Assembly: GCA_002104945.1 (NCBI GenBank)
Contig: MCFH01000001.1
Coordinates: 1,240,001-1,304,000, forward strand
Source: Piromyces finnis finn
Taxonomy: Eukaryota; Fungi; Neocallimastigomycota
Length of the DNA: 64,000 nucleotides
Direction of reading: 5' to 3'
Numbering within the stretch: position 1 is the first letter of the stretch; every line of letters starts with the position of its first letter. A model generated the notes under the pieces. That model saw nothing but the letters and a program-made list of their open reading frames with translations, was not told where the DNA came from and searched no databases. The position numbers were made by a program, and so were the translations under genes. Positions 1-12,866 of this stretch are shown here, one piece after another.

Positions 1-85
1 AGCTATTTATTGTTCAACAAATATTTATGTTTATACGCATACTTTTTCTTAATAGTAATTATAAATATTTTTGTAATTGATAAAG

Positions 86-1458
86 GGTGGGTTAATGCCA
101 GATTTATTTGCAACCACCAGTGAATATTTAAGAATATGGGAACTTTCTGATGATGTTAATTCTGAGGAAGCAGAAAATGAAATTTCATTAAAAGCTACTC
201 TTGCTAATATAAGAAAAATAGGACCAGTATGTATTAAATAAAAATTTATTATTAATTAATATTTAATAAAATACTTCAATTTCCTTTTTTTATTTTCAAT
301 TTGCTAAATTACCTTGTAATATTACTAATAATATTAATAAAGAATAAAAAGGATTTCTGTGCACCTCTAACATCATTTGATTGGAATGAAGTTGATCCTT
401 CTATGATTGTCACTAGTAGTATTGATACTACTTGTACAATTTGGGATATAAATGTAAGTACAGTGATAAATATATTGATAATTTTAGATTTGATGCTAGT
501 ATTTTTTTTTTTTTTTTTTTTTTTTACATTATATTTTAAAAATATAAATTGTGTTTAATAAAATTTTTATATTTTCTTATGTAATATTTTATAAATAATT
601 CTTAATAGACTCAACAAGCTAAAACTCAATTAATTGCTCATGATAAAGAGGTTTATGATGTTGCTTTTTCAAATGGTGTAGATATATTTGCTAGTGTTGG
701 AGCTGATGGCTCTGTAAGAATGTTTGATTTAAGGTAGGAAAAAATATATATTCTTTTAAAAATCATTATTATATAATAATATAGAATTATTGTATATTAT
801 ATTCATTATCAAAACCAAAATGGTAAATCACTCATAATAAATATATATATTTATATTTTTTTTATTCTTTTATTATTTTTTATAAATAAACTCTATAATT
901 AGAGCATTAGAACATTCAACTATTATTTATGAAACTTCAACTTCAAATGGTGATGAATCTGAAACAAGTAAAAGCCAAGAAAGCAATATGCCATTATTGA
1001 GATTATCATGGAATAAACAAGACCCAAATTATATTGCTACATTCCAAATGAATTCTTCTGATGTCATAATATTAGATATTCGTGTTCCTGCTGTACCCGT
1101 ATCCAAATTACATTGTCACAAAGGTAATATAAACTCAATTACTTGGTCACCTCAATCTCGTAAACATTTATGTTCAGCAGGTAAACATATATATATAAAT
1201 CTCTGAATTATTAATATATATTTTTATATAAAAGTTTTATTAAATATTATTTTTCATAAAAAAAAAAATAATTATAAAGGTGACGATGGTCAAGCTTATA
1301 TATGGGATATATCACAAATAGAAAAAGGTAGAAAAATTGAACAACCTATACTATCATATCAAGCAGGAAGTGCCATTAATCAAGTATGTTGGAATGCTTC
1401 ACATCCTGAATGGATTGGAATTAATTATGATGATCATATACAAGTATTAAAAGTTTAA
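86..1458 (+). CDS. DCAF7: WD40-repeat protein, DCAF7/WDR68/AN11 (Han11) family, 5'-truncated at window edge
   Basis: Spliced exons 86-226, 343-453, 609-733, 903-1180, 1280-1458 join in frame: [14 protein letters not shown]...[30 protein letters not shown]...[14 protein letters not shown]...[24 protein letters not shown]...[14 protein letters not shown]...QVLKV*. These are hallmark DCAF7 motifs. Confidence 0.93.
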
Positions 1459-1963
1459 TTTATAACAAAGGAAAATATCAATAAATAAAAATTAAATGTA
1501 TAATAAACAATATAAGAAATAAGAATGAAATATCATTCACATATAATTATATAGTTATATAATGTAAAGCATTTTTTTTATATCATGTTTTATATTAATA
1601 TTGTGTAAATGTCATATATGTTATACTAATTATCATAAAAATCAATAACAATTTGTCATTTCATTATTCATTTCAATAAAATAACTGTTTAAATTATCTG
1701 ATTTTAATATTTTTATTTTAATCTATTTAATTTATCAAAAGGGTAAAATAAAAAAAAAAAAAAAAAAAAGGATAAATAAATAAACAAATAACTAAATACT
1801 AAAAATAAATTGTATATATATATGTATATATAATATATATTTCAGAGGCTTAATAATGTGTATTTTGATGTTCGCGATGTTGACGGAATGAATGAAATTT
1901 TATAAATTATTGAAATAAAATATATATCCTTAAAAAATTATGTGATTGATTTTAATTTTATTT

Positions 1964-3428
1964 TTACTTTTTTAATTCTTTTAAATCGGTACGACATCTA
2001 TAATATTATAATTATAAAGAAATATATTAATACTAAATATAATTATTATTAATAATAATATCTAATTAATTTAATTACATTGGGCAGGTTGAGCTAGTTT
2101 TAAACCAATTATCAATACACTATCATGAAATATACAAATAAAATTATAATGAATATTATGTATTAAAAAAAAAAAATTGTAAAATTATATTATTTTTGAT
2201 AACTTATTTACTTCTTTATGAAATGAATGGGTACATAAAAGAATTCTTAATTCATCATTTTTTTCATAATTTAAGAGACAAATTGAACACCTACATATTT
2301 AATTTTTAAAGAAAAATAATAATTATTTTTTTTTAATTAAATATATTTGGTGATTTAAATTCATATATAAAGAGAATAATGTATTAAAAATATACTGAAA
2401 TATTAATTATAAAAAAATTACTTTGTCTCTTGAATCTCTTTATTATCTTTATCATATTTTAATGCTTTATTTTTATTAATTTGGCTTTTGTTTAGATTAT
2501 GTTTAACATTTCCAATCCTTTCTTCTAATCTTAATAGACCTTCGTAACTATCATCTAATTCACCATCATCTACATAATTTCTTAAATCCATAACATATCC
2601 CCTATGGAAATGATTCATTATAAACAATATCATAATTATATATATTAATTTTTAAATTTAAGTTTATTTTACAGAAATAATAATTTATTATTATTATTTA
2701 TATGGATTTGAATATTATTTTTATTACCTTGAGTTCAAAAACATTGGAGATTCAAAGTCATCGTTAATTGAGTTATATAAAGTATTTATATTCTGAGCTC
2801 CGAAATCATCGAAATCAAAAAAGTCTGGTATCCTATTTTCGTTTACTCTTTGAAGCTCAGCCTTATCATTTATGTTATTTTTATATTTATGATTATACAT
2901 TTTAGAAGTTATAAATTTTTATAATAGGATAAATAGATAATTATTTTTTTATATTAATAGATAAAAAAAATATATAAAATATATAATATATATTACCATT
3001 CTATACTGATAGGCTTCTTCTTCTTCTAACTGTAATCTCAAAGCTAATAACTCATCTTCAGATATATTATTGTCATTATTTCTGTCATTATTATTATTAT
3101 TATTATTGCTATTATTGTTATTATCATTACAATCTTGCACTAAAATGACATCACTGGATCTTGATTCATTATCACTAATATATATATATTTGTTATCATC
3201 TACAATGTTATCATCATTATCAAGGTCAATAACTTCTACAGAGGACTCTGAACGAGGTCTACCACTAGTTTCTGTAAAAAATTCTAAAGGTACATTATCA
3301 TCGTCAATTATATTATATAAAATAAATTCTTCATCTATTGAAGATTGTTTCCCCTTTTTTTTTGTATTACTATTGTCATTATTATTACTGTTTGAAGAAG
3401 ATTCTCCAATAAAATCATCCCAAAACAT
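1964..3428 (-). CDS. RING-H2 E3 ubiquitin ligase with N-terminal SIM-like and MIU-like motifs (RNF111/RNF4-like architecture)
   Basis: About six minus-strand exons join in frame to give ...DDSYEGLLRLEERIGNV...KCSICLLNYEKNDELRILLCTHSFHKECIDNWFKTSSTCPICRTDLKELKK* (C3H2C3). The N-terminal exon is ORF 2949-3428. The start codon is uncertain. Confidence 0.85.
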
Positions 3429-5158
3429 GTTTTTTTTTTTTATTTAATTATTTTTGTTTAAGTTAATTCTATTATGAATATTATCTTTATTTTATTATTG
3501 TTTGTATTATTATTAGCTTTATCTTTGGTAGTGTTTTTCGTTTATTCTTTACTTTACTAATTATCGAGTAAAAATTTAATGGAAAAATCAGATTTTGCAG
3601 TTGTAGGTGAGGATGAAGCTTTTTTTTTTTACTATTAATACTAATTATATTTTTTTTGTAGTCAATTCTATTCTAATTGGTGATAAACTTATTTCTTTTT
3701 CTTTTATATCAAATTATTTTCTTTTTTGGAAAAGAGAAGATAATGAAGAAGTGTTATTTGATAGTACTAAATTTGAATTTATATAAGTCTTTCTTTATTA
3801 AATATTTTATTGTTTAGGGTATTATAAATATTATTTATATTTACTATATTAAAATTACTATTAATTATAATAATAATATTAGTATTATAAAATATAAAAT
3901 ATAAAATATATAAAAATTAATTTCGTTTTTTCATTTAATATTTCTTTCATTTTTATTATCATTATTGTTATTAATAATAATAGAAAAAAAAAAGATTTTT
4001 TTTTTATATAACATTATCATTATTATTACTGTTGTTATTATCATGATATTTATTGTTTCAATTATTACTATATTTTTAATTGAGAAAGATATTTTAGAGG
4101 AATTTATTGAAATATATTTTTTTTCTACATTGAAAGTGATAAAAGCTATTAATATGTTAATAGTTATATGAAATATAACGTCAAAAAACTGAAGATTTAT
4201 AATGAGATATTGGTTTATAAAACAAAAACCATGACATATTTTAATTGTGAAAGTTATTGTAAATGATTTTTTAAAGTATTTTTATATAATATAATATTAA
4301 ATGTATTCATTGATTTATTCAATTTCTTTTTTAATAATGCTATAAAAAAAGTTAATTTTTTACTTTATTCTAAATTCAATAATACAGCAATAATAAAACA
4401 CATAATAAATTATATAGAAATTACCTTTTTTTTTATTTTATAAATATACCACACTAAAAGTAAAACAAATTGAAATAAGGATATACAAAAAATTATTTCT
4501 TAATATTAAATTTTAGTTGAAATAAAAGATTTTAAATTTAAAAAAAAAAAAAAATGTTTTTTGATAATGTATTATAAAATATATTAAAAATATACACAAA
4601 ATATATAAAAAATAAATTAATTTTTTACTTTTTATATTTTAAATAAAATATATTAATTAATAAATCAATATATTAAAATATACTAATTTATACAAATCCT
4701 TTTATTTAATTTCTACATTTTCTTACCAAAAATCCATAATGGTCACAACGAGTTTTTGGTAAAAACTTATCATTAATATTTTTTTTTTATAAATTTCAAA
4801 AAACAAGTTAAATTTCTATTTATGTTTTATTTCACAATAGTATTAAATATTGGTTGTTCACTATTTTATTATTGATTTATGATTAAGTATTAAATAATTT
4901 ATTATTATTATTAAGCTAATAATGTAACAATATCTATTTTTATTTAAAATAGTTTTAATATTTAGGATGATTAATCTTATATAATTTCGATTAGATTTAA
5001 CATATACATATTTTTTAATAAAAAACTTAATAATAATAAGGTTTGTCCAAAATTTTTAAATTATTAAAATTATATTAAAAAAAATATATATTTACATATT
5101 AGTAAAATCATAAATAATATTTATTTTCTTTGCATTTTAAAGATTAGAAAATAAGAAA

Positions 5159-5643
5159 ATGAATATTGATATTAATGAAATAAATGATTTGGATGATGTA
5201 ATATACAGTAGTACTGAAAAAAACAATGAAGATACTGATACAAAAGATGAAAATAAATTGAATAACGACAACAGTGATATAAGTACTGAAAATATAAATG
5301 ATATAAATAATAAGATATTTTCATGGAAAACTGTAATAGAAAACTTTAAAGGTTCATGCACAGAAAAAGAACAAAGTGTTCCAAAAAATAATTGTAATCT
5401 TTTAGATATAACAATTTTTGATTTAATATATATATAATTTATTTTTTTTATAACAAATATAATTGCTTAATTAGAAATATAATTAAAAAATAAAATTTAG
5501 TTATAGATATAAATAATATTGATTTAATTCCATGCCATGAAACTATCAAATTATCAAAAGAAAATGAAGAATTAAAATTAGAACAACCATTACTTCCTAA
5601 TTTGGAAGAACACTTTTTAAGTAATATAAATACACCATTGTAA
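5159..5643 (+). CDS. Hypothetical acidic/Asn-rich protein, probably two exons
   Basis: ORF 5159-5437, plus a second open segment ~5501-5643 (IDINNIDLIPCHETIKLSKENEELKLEQPLLPNLEEHFLSNINTPL*) after a plausible TTTAG/TATAG acceptor. No family recognised. Confidence 0.4.
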
Positions 5644-6121
5644 GTAAACAGTATAAATTCTAAAAATAAAAAATTGTATATCTGTATCTTATTATAAAAT
5701 TCTTTTTATCTATCTAAATAAAGCTTTTTTGAGCCAATATTGATGGAACAAAATAATTCATTAAAATAAATTAATAAGATATTTAAAATTGTAACTTAAT
5801 TTATATAAATAATAAATAAAGGTATAATTTATTTTGTATGATGTTTAAATTTTAAAATTCAATTTATTTATTATTTTTAATTATAAATAAGTACCAAAGA
5901 TTTTCTTTAATATTTTTTAAAATTTTAAAATACTGTTGAATTTATTGTAATTATTAATAAAATGCTAATAATACATTGATTGCTTTAGTAATAAAATAAC
6001 ATACAAAATATATAATAAATTTAATTTGTAATATATTACAATAACATAAAATTTCAAAATTGTTAATTACTAAATGTATAATAAAAGAATTTAATATTTA
6101 TATGTTATAGTATTAATAAGT

Positions 6122-7721
6122 TCACTCATTCCATCCTTCATTCATTGCAGATAATAATTCTCTTTGATAATCTTCACTAATTTCCCAAACCATTATACCA
6201 GCAAGACCATTAACACGAGCAAATTTAGTCTTTTCCTTAATAGATTTTGGATCATCATAACCAATGAAGACATGAGTATTATAATTGTAAATGGATGGGC
6301 AAACTTCTAATTCATGGTACTTACGGACCCATGGAGAGTTAGCATTTAAAGGAGAGCTTAAAAGTCCTTGCTTTCTTAAACTGTAATAGGCCCAGACACC
6401 AGTTGGAGACCAGGCAACATCGAAAGCGTCACCAACAATTGCATTACAAACACCACCTTGAACACCCCAAGAATTTTGTTGACATAATTGATAGGCACCA
6501 TTATTATTATCAGAGGTAACCATCCATGATCTACCATAGAAAGCACCTCCAATAACAAGCTTACTTGGTGAAACACCCTTGTTAATGTAATCTGCAACAA
6601 CGTCAGAAATACTGGTTTGACCATTCTTATCATTTTCTTTATCAATATAAAGTGGTGAGTTGAAACCAGAGTAAGCGTTCCAAGCACCAGCCATATCGTA
6701 AGTCATAACACCAACCCAATCAACTACTTTGCTAATATCAATTAAGTATTCACCATAGATAGATGCATTAGCAGAATTGGCAATAGTAAGTAAGTATTTA
6801 TTACCGATTACATTTCTGATTTCCTTTAACATACTAAGGAAATTCTTAGCATCATCGCTTCTGAAGTGATTACCATCAAGACCACCACCTCCTGGGTATT
6901 CCCAATCAAGATCAACACCATCGAAACCATTAGTGGTAATTATATCTAAAATGTTGTTAGCGAATCTAGTTCTGGCGGCGGCATTAGCAGCAACATCAGA
7001 GAAGTATTGAGAACATGACCAACCACCAATAGAAACAACAACTTTAATATTTGGATATTTGGCCTTAATATCGTGAGTTAAAATACGAATTAAACCACCA
7101 TTACCCCATCCATAATCAGCCCATTCATCAAGGGTTAATACATTACCAGAAGCATCAACATTAAAGAAGGCATAGTTAATAACATCAACTCCTGAGAAAT
7201 CATAACTAGCAACGTTAGTGAATCTGGAGTAGATTGACCAGTTAGTAAGGTACATGATAACACCAGCCTTACCGTTTGAATTATTTGAGGTTTGAATTGG
7301 CTTGGTAGTAGTAGTTTTGACAGTAGTAGTAGTAGTAGTAGTAGTAGTAGTTTTCTTAGTAGTAGTTTTCTTAGTAGTAGTTTTCTTAGTAGTAATTGGT
7401 TTAGTAGTAGTAGTAGTTTTCTTAGTAGTAGTAGTAGTAGTTGGTTTAGTAGTAGTAGTAGTAGTTGGTTTAGTAGTGGTGGTTGGTTTAGTAGTGGTGG
7501 TTGGTTTAGTAGTGGTGGTTATTTTATTAACTGGATCTTCAAATAATTCACATGGACCATTTACACAACCTGCACCACAGTAGTTAGAACCAGTACCACA
7601 GTATCCATACTTTGAGCAACAGTGATCTGGATTTTTACATGGACAATTAGCGTTACAGGATCCAGTATTTAAAGAACTACAGTCTTCAACAGAAGTAGTG
7701 GTTGGTTTTTTGGTAGTGGTA

Positions 7722-7812
<91 letters not shown>

Positions 7813-8738
7813 TGCTACCGCAATTTCCTCCTTGACAACCTTCTCCACAGAAGAGATCACCAGTACCACAGTAACCATATTTAGAACAACAATAACCTTC
7901 TGGACATGGACAATCTGCACTGCAGCTACCATCTTCTGGGCATTCAACTGGTTTATTAAAAGCATAGCATGGTCCATTGATACAACCAGTACCACAATAT
8001 AATTCTGAACTGCCACAGTAACCGTAGCTAGAACAACATAATCCATTTTTACATGGGCAGTCTTTGTTACATGAACCACTTGGTAAAGCAGAACAGTCAG
8101 TTTGACTACTAATAGAAGCCTCTTCATCAACTTCACATTGACCAGTCTCTTCATTACAGGTTCCATTTTCACAGGGACATTTTTCATTACATTTACCATC
8201 TAAGATGAGATTTTTACATTTTAATAACCATTCCATACCTTCATATGGTGCATCATCAGAAGCAATAATTGGATTACAATCACCACTTTGACAGAAACTA
8301 CCACAAAATTCATCGGTTTCACCACATTCATCTAATTTTTGTTTTCAATAAAATTATATAATTTGAATTATTATTATATTGTTATTTATTTATTTATTAT
8401 TTTTTTAATATATATTATATTTGAACTTACTATATTGATTACAACATTGATGATATTGTGGATCACTTAAGTTGATAGTATCACCAACATAAACCTCTGA
8501 ATCATTTAAGAGTTGTTCATATTTATCTAATATATAAACAATTTATTATTAGTTTATGTATATTTTTCATTTGTAGTGTAAATAATTAACGTATTAATTT
8601 TAATTTACCTTTGAGTGGACAAAGTTTTAAAGCATTACAAGCTACATTATCTGGTATTTGAACTTTAGTAACCCCGTTACTAACAACTTTATTGACGATT
8701 AAAAGAATGCTTAAAAAAGATAAATGTTTATTAAACAT
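6122..8738 (-). CDS. Secreted GH18 chitinase with multiple CBM18/hevein-type chitin-binding modules and Thr-rich linkers
   Basis: Exons 8738-8609, ~8527-8431 and ~8331-6122. Signal peptide [20 protein letters not shown]; three CCSxYGYCG modules; SIGGW motif; intact catalytic [10 protein letters not shown] (DxxDxDxE); VMTYD; terminal [10 protein letters not shown]. Confidence 0.95.
7300..7520 (-). repeat. Coding Thr/Lys-rich linker repeat (TTTKP / TTKK units)
   Basis: Imperfect (GTA)n/(GTG)n repeats inside the chitinase ORF. Confidence 0.9.
7713..7812 (-). repeat. Coding poly-Thr linker built from blocks of ACA, ACT and ACC codons
   Basis: Plus strand shows (GTT)n next to (GTA)n/(GTG)n; it encodes ~31 consecutive Thr. 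Confidence 0.9.
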
Positions 8739-9825
8739 TTTCTATTTTAATATATAATTTCAATAATAATAAATTATGATTTTTGGTTTTACTAATTTAA
8801 TAAACAATTATAATAACTAATTTTAAATAAATAAAATTCAAAAAACGATAATTTAAAAAAAATGCTTATTTTTTATTTCTTTTATATACTTTTTTTTTTT
8901 TTGTTGAAGAAACAAAAAAATAATAATATAATTTATATAATAACAAAACCAAAAACTTAATAACTATAAAAATCTAAATTTTATATAAATTAAAGTTTAA
9001 CAATAAATTAATATAAAAAATCAATTTATAATAATAAAGATTTAAAACTTTATAAAAAGAGATTTTGTTATTTAGAAACTGATGATGTTATATAAAGTGC
9101 AATGAAGATAAGATATTGCCATTTCTTTATTACTATTATTTTTTTTTATTTCATTTTTTTTGAAATAACAGAATTAAAATTAAATAATTAAATATAATTT
9201 AATTAATATTTTTGATTAGTAAAAAAAAAACAAAAAAAAACAAAAAAAACAAAAATAAAGTTTACGGTACGAACTTTTAGCAAATTTCGATGTAATGAAT
9301 AAATAAAAAAAGAATACTATATTAACAATAAATATAATATATAGTAAAATATAAAAACAATTATGATGAAGGCTTTAATATAATCGTACTAAAACTATTT
9401 TTTTTATGATGTTATTACTATTATATTACATATTCAATAAACGATAATAAAAACATTTATTATTAATATTTTAAACGCTACAATGAATATAATTAATTTA
9501 TGCAATTTATAATAAAAATCAATTATCAATGAATATCAACATATTTGAATGTTTAATAACTTTAAAATGAATTATATATTTTATTTATTATTTAAGTATT
9601 ATTTAAAATTTCAATAAAAACATTCTTAACATATATTATTATCGAATTAATGGAATTTAATTATATTATTTTTGATTTTAGGAATTTCTGTTGTAGAAAT
9701 ATTTTTTAATTTAAGAGTATATGTTTATAAAATAAAAACCTTAACAAATATACAAATATTCGATGCGGTTAAAATTTTCATTTCAATTAAAAATGTGAAA
9801 TAATTTAAAAATTCGTATTTTATTT

Positions 9826-9858
<33 letters not shown>

Positions 9859-12245
9859 CCCATTAATAAATATTTATAAACTATTTATATGATTAAATTT
9901 TAAAAGTATAAATTAATAATAATAACAATAATAATAATATTATAAAAATTCAGTTATTCTAAAATTTCAGCTAAATTAATATATTAACTGAGTTTTACAT
10001 TAAAAAAAAAATTCGAATAAACTATAAGAATAAAAATATTTTAATTAATATAGCATTTTTTTTGTCTTTTTCGCCTATTTTATTATATTATTAATCATGT
10101 AATATAATAATTAGTGTTATTTAATTATTAAATGATTTTATAATTAATATATGAATATTTGAATATTGTAAAAATCCTTGATATATCATTTTATTTTAAT
10201 ATATATATTTTTTAAAAAAAACCCGCAGTAAAAAAAAAAAAAATTAATAACTTTAATAAATATTTTATTTAAGTTTATATTATATTAAATTTTATTTATT
10301 ATTATATAATCAAATTTTAAAAGTAGTAAACATTGTATTATATTTTATTATTTATTTATTTTTATTATTTTTATTTTTAAATATTTTTTAAATATATGTA
10401 CAATAAACTATATTTACCTCTATGCCAATAAAGGAAATTATTGAAAGTTTTTATTTTATTAATTTAAAATAAAAACGAAAAATAAAAATAAAAATAAAAA
10501 AATAAAAGTAAAAAATAAAATAAAAATAAAATAGAAAAACATAAACAAAAACAAAATAAATAAAAAATATAACAATGATAATAAAAAAATATAGAATATT
10601 AATCATAATTAAATTTATGAATTAGCTTATTACTTTAACTTTTTTTATATCCAATAATATTTTTATAAGAAAATTGATGATAATAATATATATTTAATAT
10701 TTTTTATAAATTTATATAAAGAATACTTTGATTTTATGTATTATTTTAAGAAAACATTAATCTTTTAATACAAGAAATAATAAATTATGAAATTCAAAAA
10801 AGAATATATATATATATATTTCTATTACTACTACATAATTAGTACCTGTAGTTTTATTAACAATATTTTAAAATTATATATGAAAAATTCAATTAGAATA
10901 TATATTAAAACGTTTATATGAAAAAGAGTGTTTTGTAAACATTTTATATTATTTATTGATTAACAAAAAAGTTGTGGTAATGGATTAATTAATAGTTATA
11001 ATTTAATATTAATATATTTTTTAATACTAATCATTAATGTCTTTAATGATTATATTTTATCAGTTAAAACTTTAATTTTGATTTTATATGACTAATTTGG
11101 GTATTAAAATGTTTATTGAACATAAATGCTTATAGATAAAGTATATAAAATTTGAAATTTTAATGGCTATAATTCTAGGTGTATTATTTAATAAAATGAA
11201 CTTCAATAGATATATATCTATCTTCAAAAGAAAATTAGCTTTTTTTTTTGTGATATTTATTTTTTTTATACATTTATATATTAATGAATGTATAAAAATA
11301 AAATTATAAATAAATAATTAAATTATTTCTTTTCTTTTTTCTCTTCTTTATATAATATGTTTTAATTTAATTAAACAAATTTTTAATATCTATAAATAAA
11401 AAACAATATCATGTTATTATTTTCATAGATACAGTACAAATATATAAAAAGTTAAAGAAGATTTTCCTTTCAAAATATATTTTGAATATTGTTGTTTTTT
11501 TTATGGATATAATTCTAAAAAACTAAAAAATAAATTTCCTTTTCAATATTATAAAGAATATTCTAAACTAGTTTTTATGAGTATAAAATTAAAAAGATAT
11601 TTAAACAATAAATATAGAATATTCTATTGATCTATTTTTCATTTAAATTTTTGATATTTCTGAAATTAACTATTATTATATAATTCAAATTTTTTAAAAA
11701 AAAGAAAATAAATAGAATTAAATATTAATTTTAAGAAAATGTTATTAAATTTATATAAGTGATAAGTGATTACATAGAACATAAAGATTAAATAAATAGT
11801 ATAATTAATCTACAAAATAAAATATATAAAGAATGTTCATTAAAACTTTAAAACAAAAGAATCAAATCATATATATAAACCTATTAATATTAGACTTTAA
11901 GTGAGACCTATATAATATTATAATTATATGAATTATATACTTAATTATGAAAACTTATGGTTTATAATTAATTAGTATATTTTTTATAAATCATTAAAGA
12001 TATATTTTTATATTAATAATTTTTATATAATAATTATATAAAAAATATAAAAATTTTATTAATTTTTTGTATCAAAAATTGAACTAATGTACGTTAATGT
12101 ATTATAATGTAAATAATTAAAAATATATTATTATTTCATTAATAAAAAACTTTTAATAATATCAAAAAGATATTGTTGATTAAAAACTTTTTAATTTATA
12201 AAGAAATATATCTTGTTCAGATAAAATTATACTTTAATTTAAAAG

Positions 12246-12866
12246 ATGAGTGAGGATAAGAGCCTATTTTACTTAGTATCCGAGTCACATACATTAACTG
12301 GCACATTAGGAAATAAAATTCAATTATTTATAAATGAATTTTTAAATTTAAAATCAAGTTGGTCAAATCTTGAAAATGAGAAAGAAAAAAAAGAAAAAAT
12401 AACATATATTAAGAATTCATTGTCTGATATTAATGAGTTAATTTCTAATTTAAAAAAATTATTAACAAATATTGAAGAAATGAAAAATAAGGTATGTAAT
12501 TTTATTCATTCTTATAAATATATTAATATTTATACATTTTAACGCAAAATCATAAAACATAATAATATAGAATGATGATTCTAAAACAAATATAGATGAA
12601 TTAATCGAAACAAGAAATAAATTGCTTGAGGTATTTTATATATATATATATTTTAAAAAAAGTTTATTTATTAAATTTATATTTATAAATATAATCATAT
12701 TATTTTTGAAATATTTTGTATAACCATTTGTATATATATATTATAAAATATTTATATATAAAAGCAAAGTAAGGAAAAAGCACGAAAAATTGATTCTTTA
12801 GTTAATTCTCTACATAATTTAGATAGAGATATACAAACATATTTTTCTTTAAAAGAAGATTCATGA
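12246..12866 (+). CDS. Small (135 aa) helical/coiled-coil hypothetical protein, possibly Mediator Med30-like
   Basis: Three exons 12246-12491, 12571-12630, 12765-12866, all phase 0 with GT-AG, ending ...QSKEKARKIDSLVNSLHNLDRDIQTYFSLKEDS*. The gene model is good; the family call is weak. Confidence 0.65.

Noticed and set aside
1843-1895. Short GC-richer island (…GATGTTCGCGATGTTGACGG…) between the convergent DCAF7 and RING genes; considered as a snoRNA, E2F site or extra exon
   Set aside because: A CTGA (box D-like) is present on the minus strand but there is no box C at a suitable distance. DCAF7 already ends at its normal terminus, and the position is 3' of both genes.
3070-3447. Antisense or alternative-frame ORFs in the track (3070-3447, 6376-6687, 7292-7583, 7669-8199, 23285-23788, 37051-37233, 40927-41166, 45924-46759, 46906-47857, 54492-54698, 61291-61548)
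   Set aside because: They are shadows of real genes or of coding repeats on the other strand or frame.
3429-4240. Possible frameshifted N-terminal extension of the RING gene
   Set aside because: All three minus-strand frames have stops close to the ATG and repeatedly further upstream, so a single homopolymer error would not rescue it.
7300-7812. Regular repeats considered as a CRISPR-like or telomeric array
   Set aside because: They are in-frame Thr-rich linkers with no unique spacers, in a eukaryotic gene.
8739-12245. 3.5-kb gene-free stretch examined for ncRNA, MITE or hidden exons (also 42388-44606 and 47925-50766)
   Set aside because: Only AT-rich low-complexity sequence was seen, with no terminal inverted repeats, tRNA boxes, snRNA motifs or spliceable ORFs that I could support.
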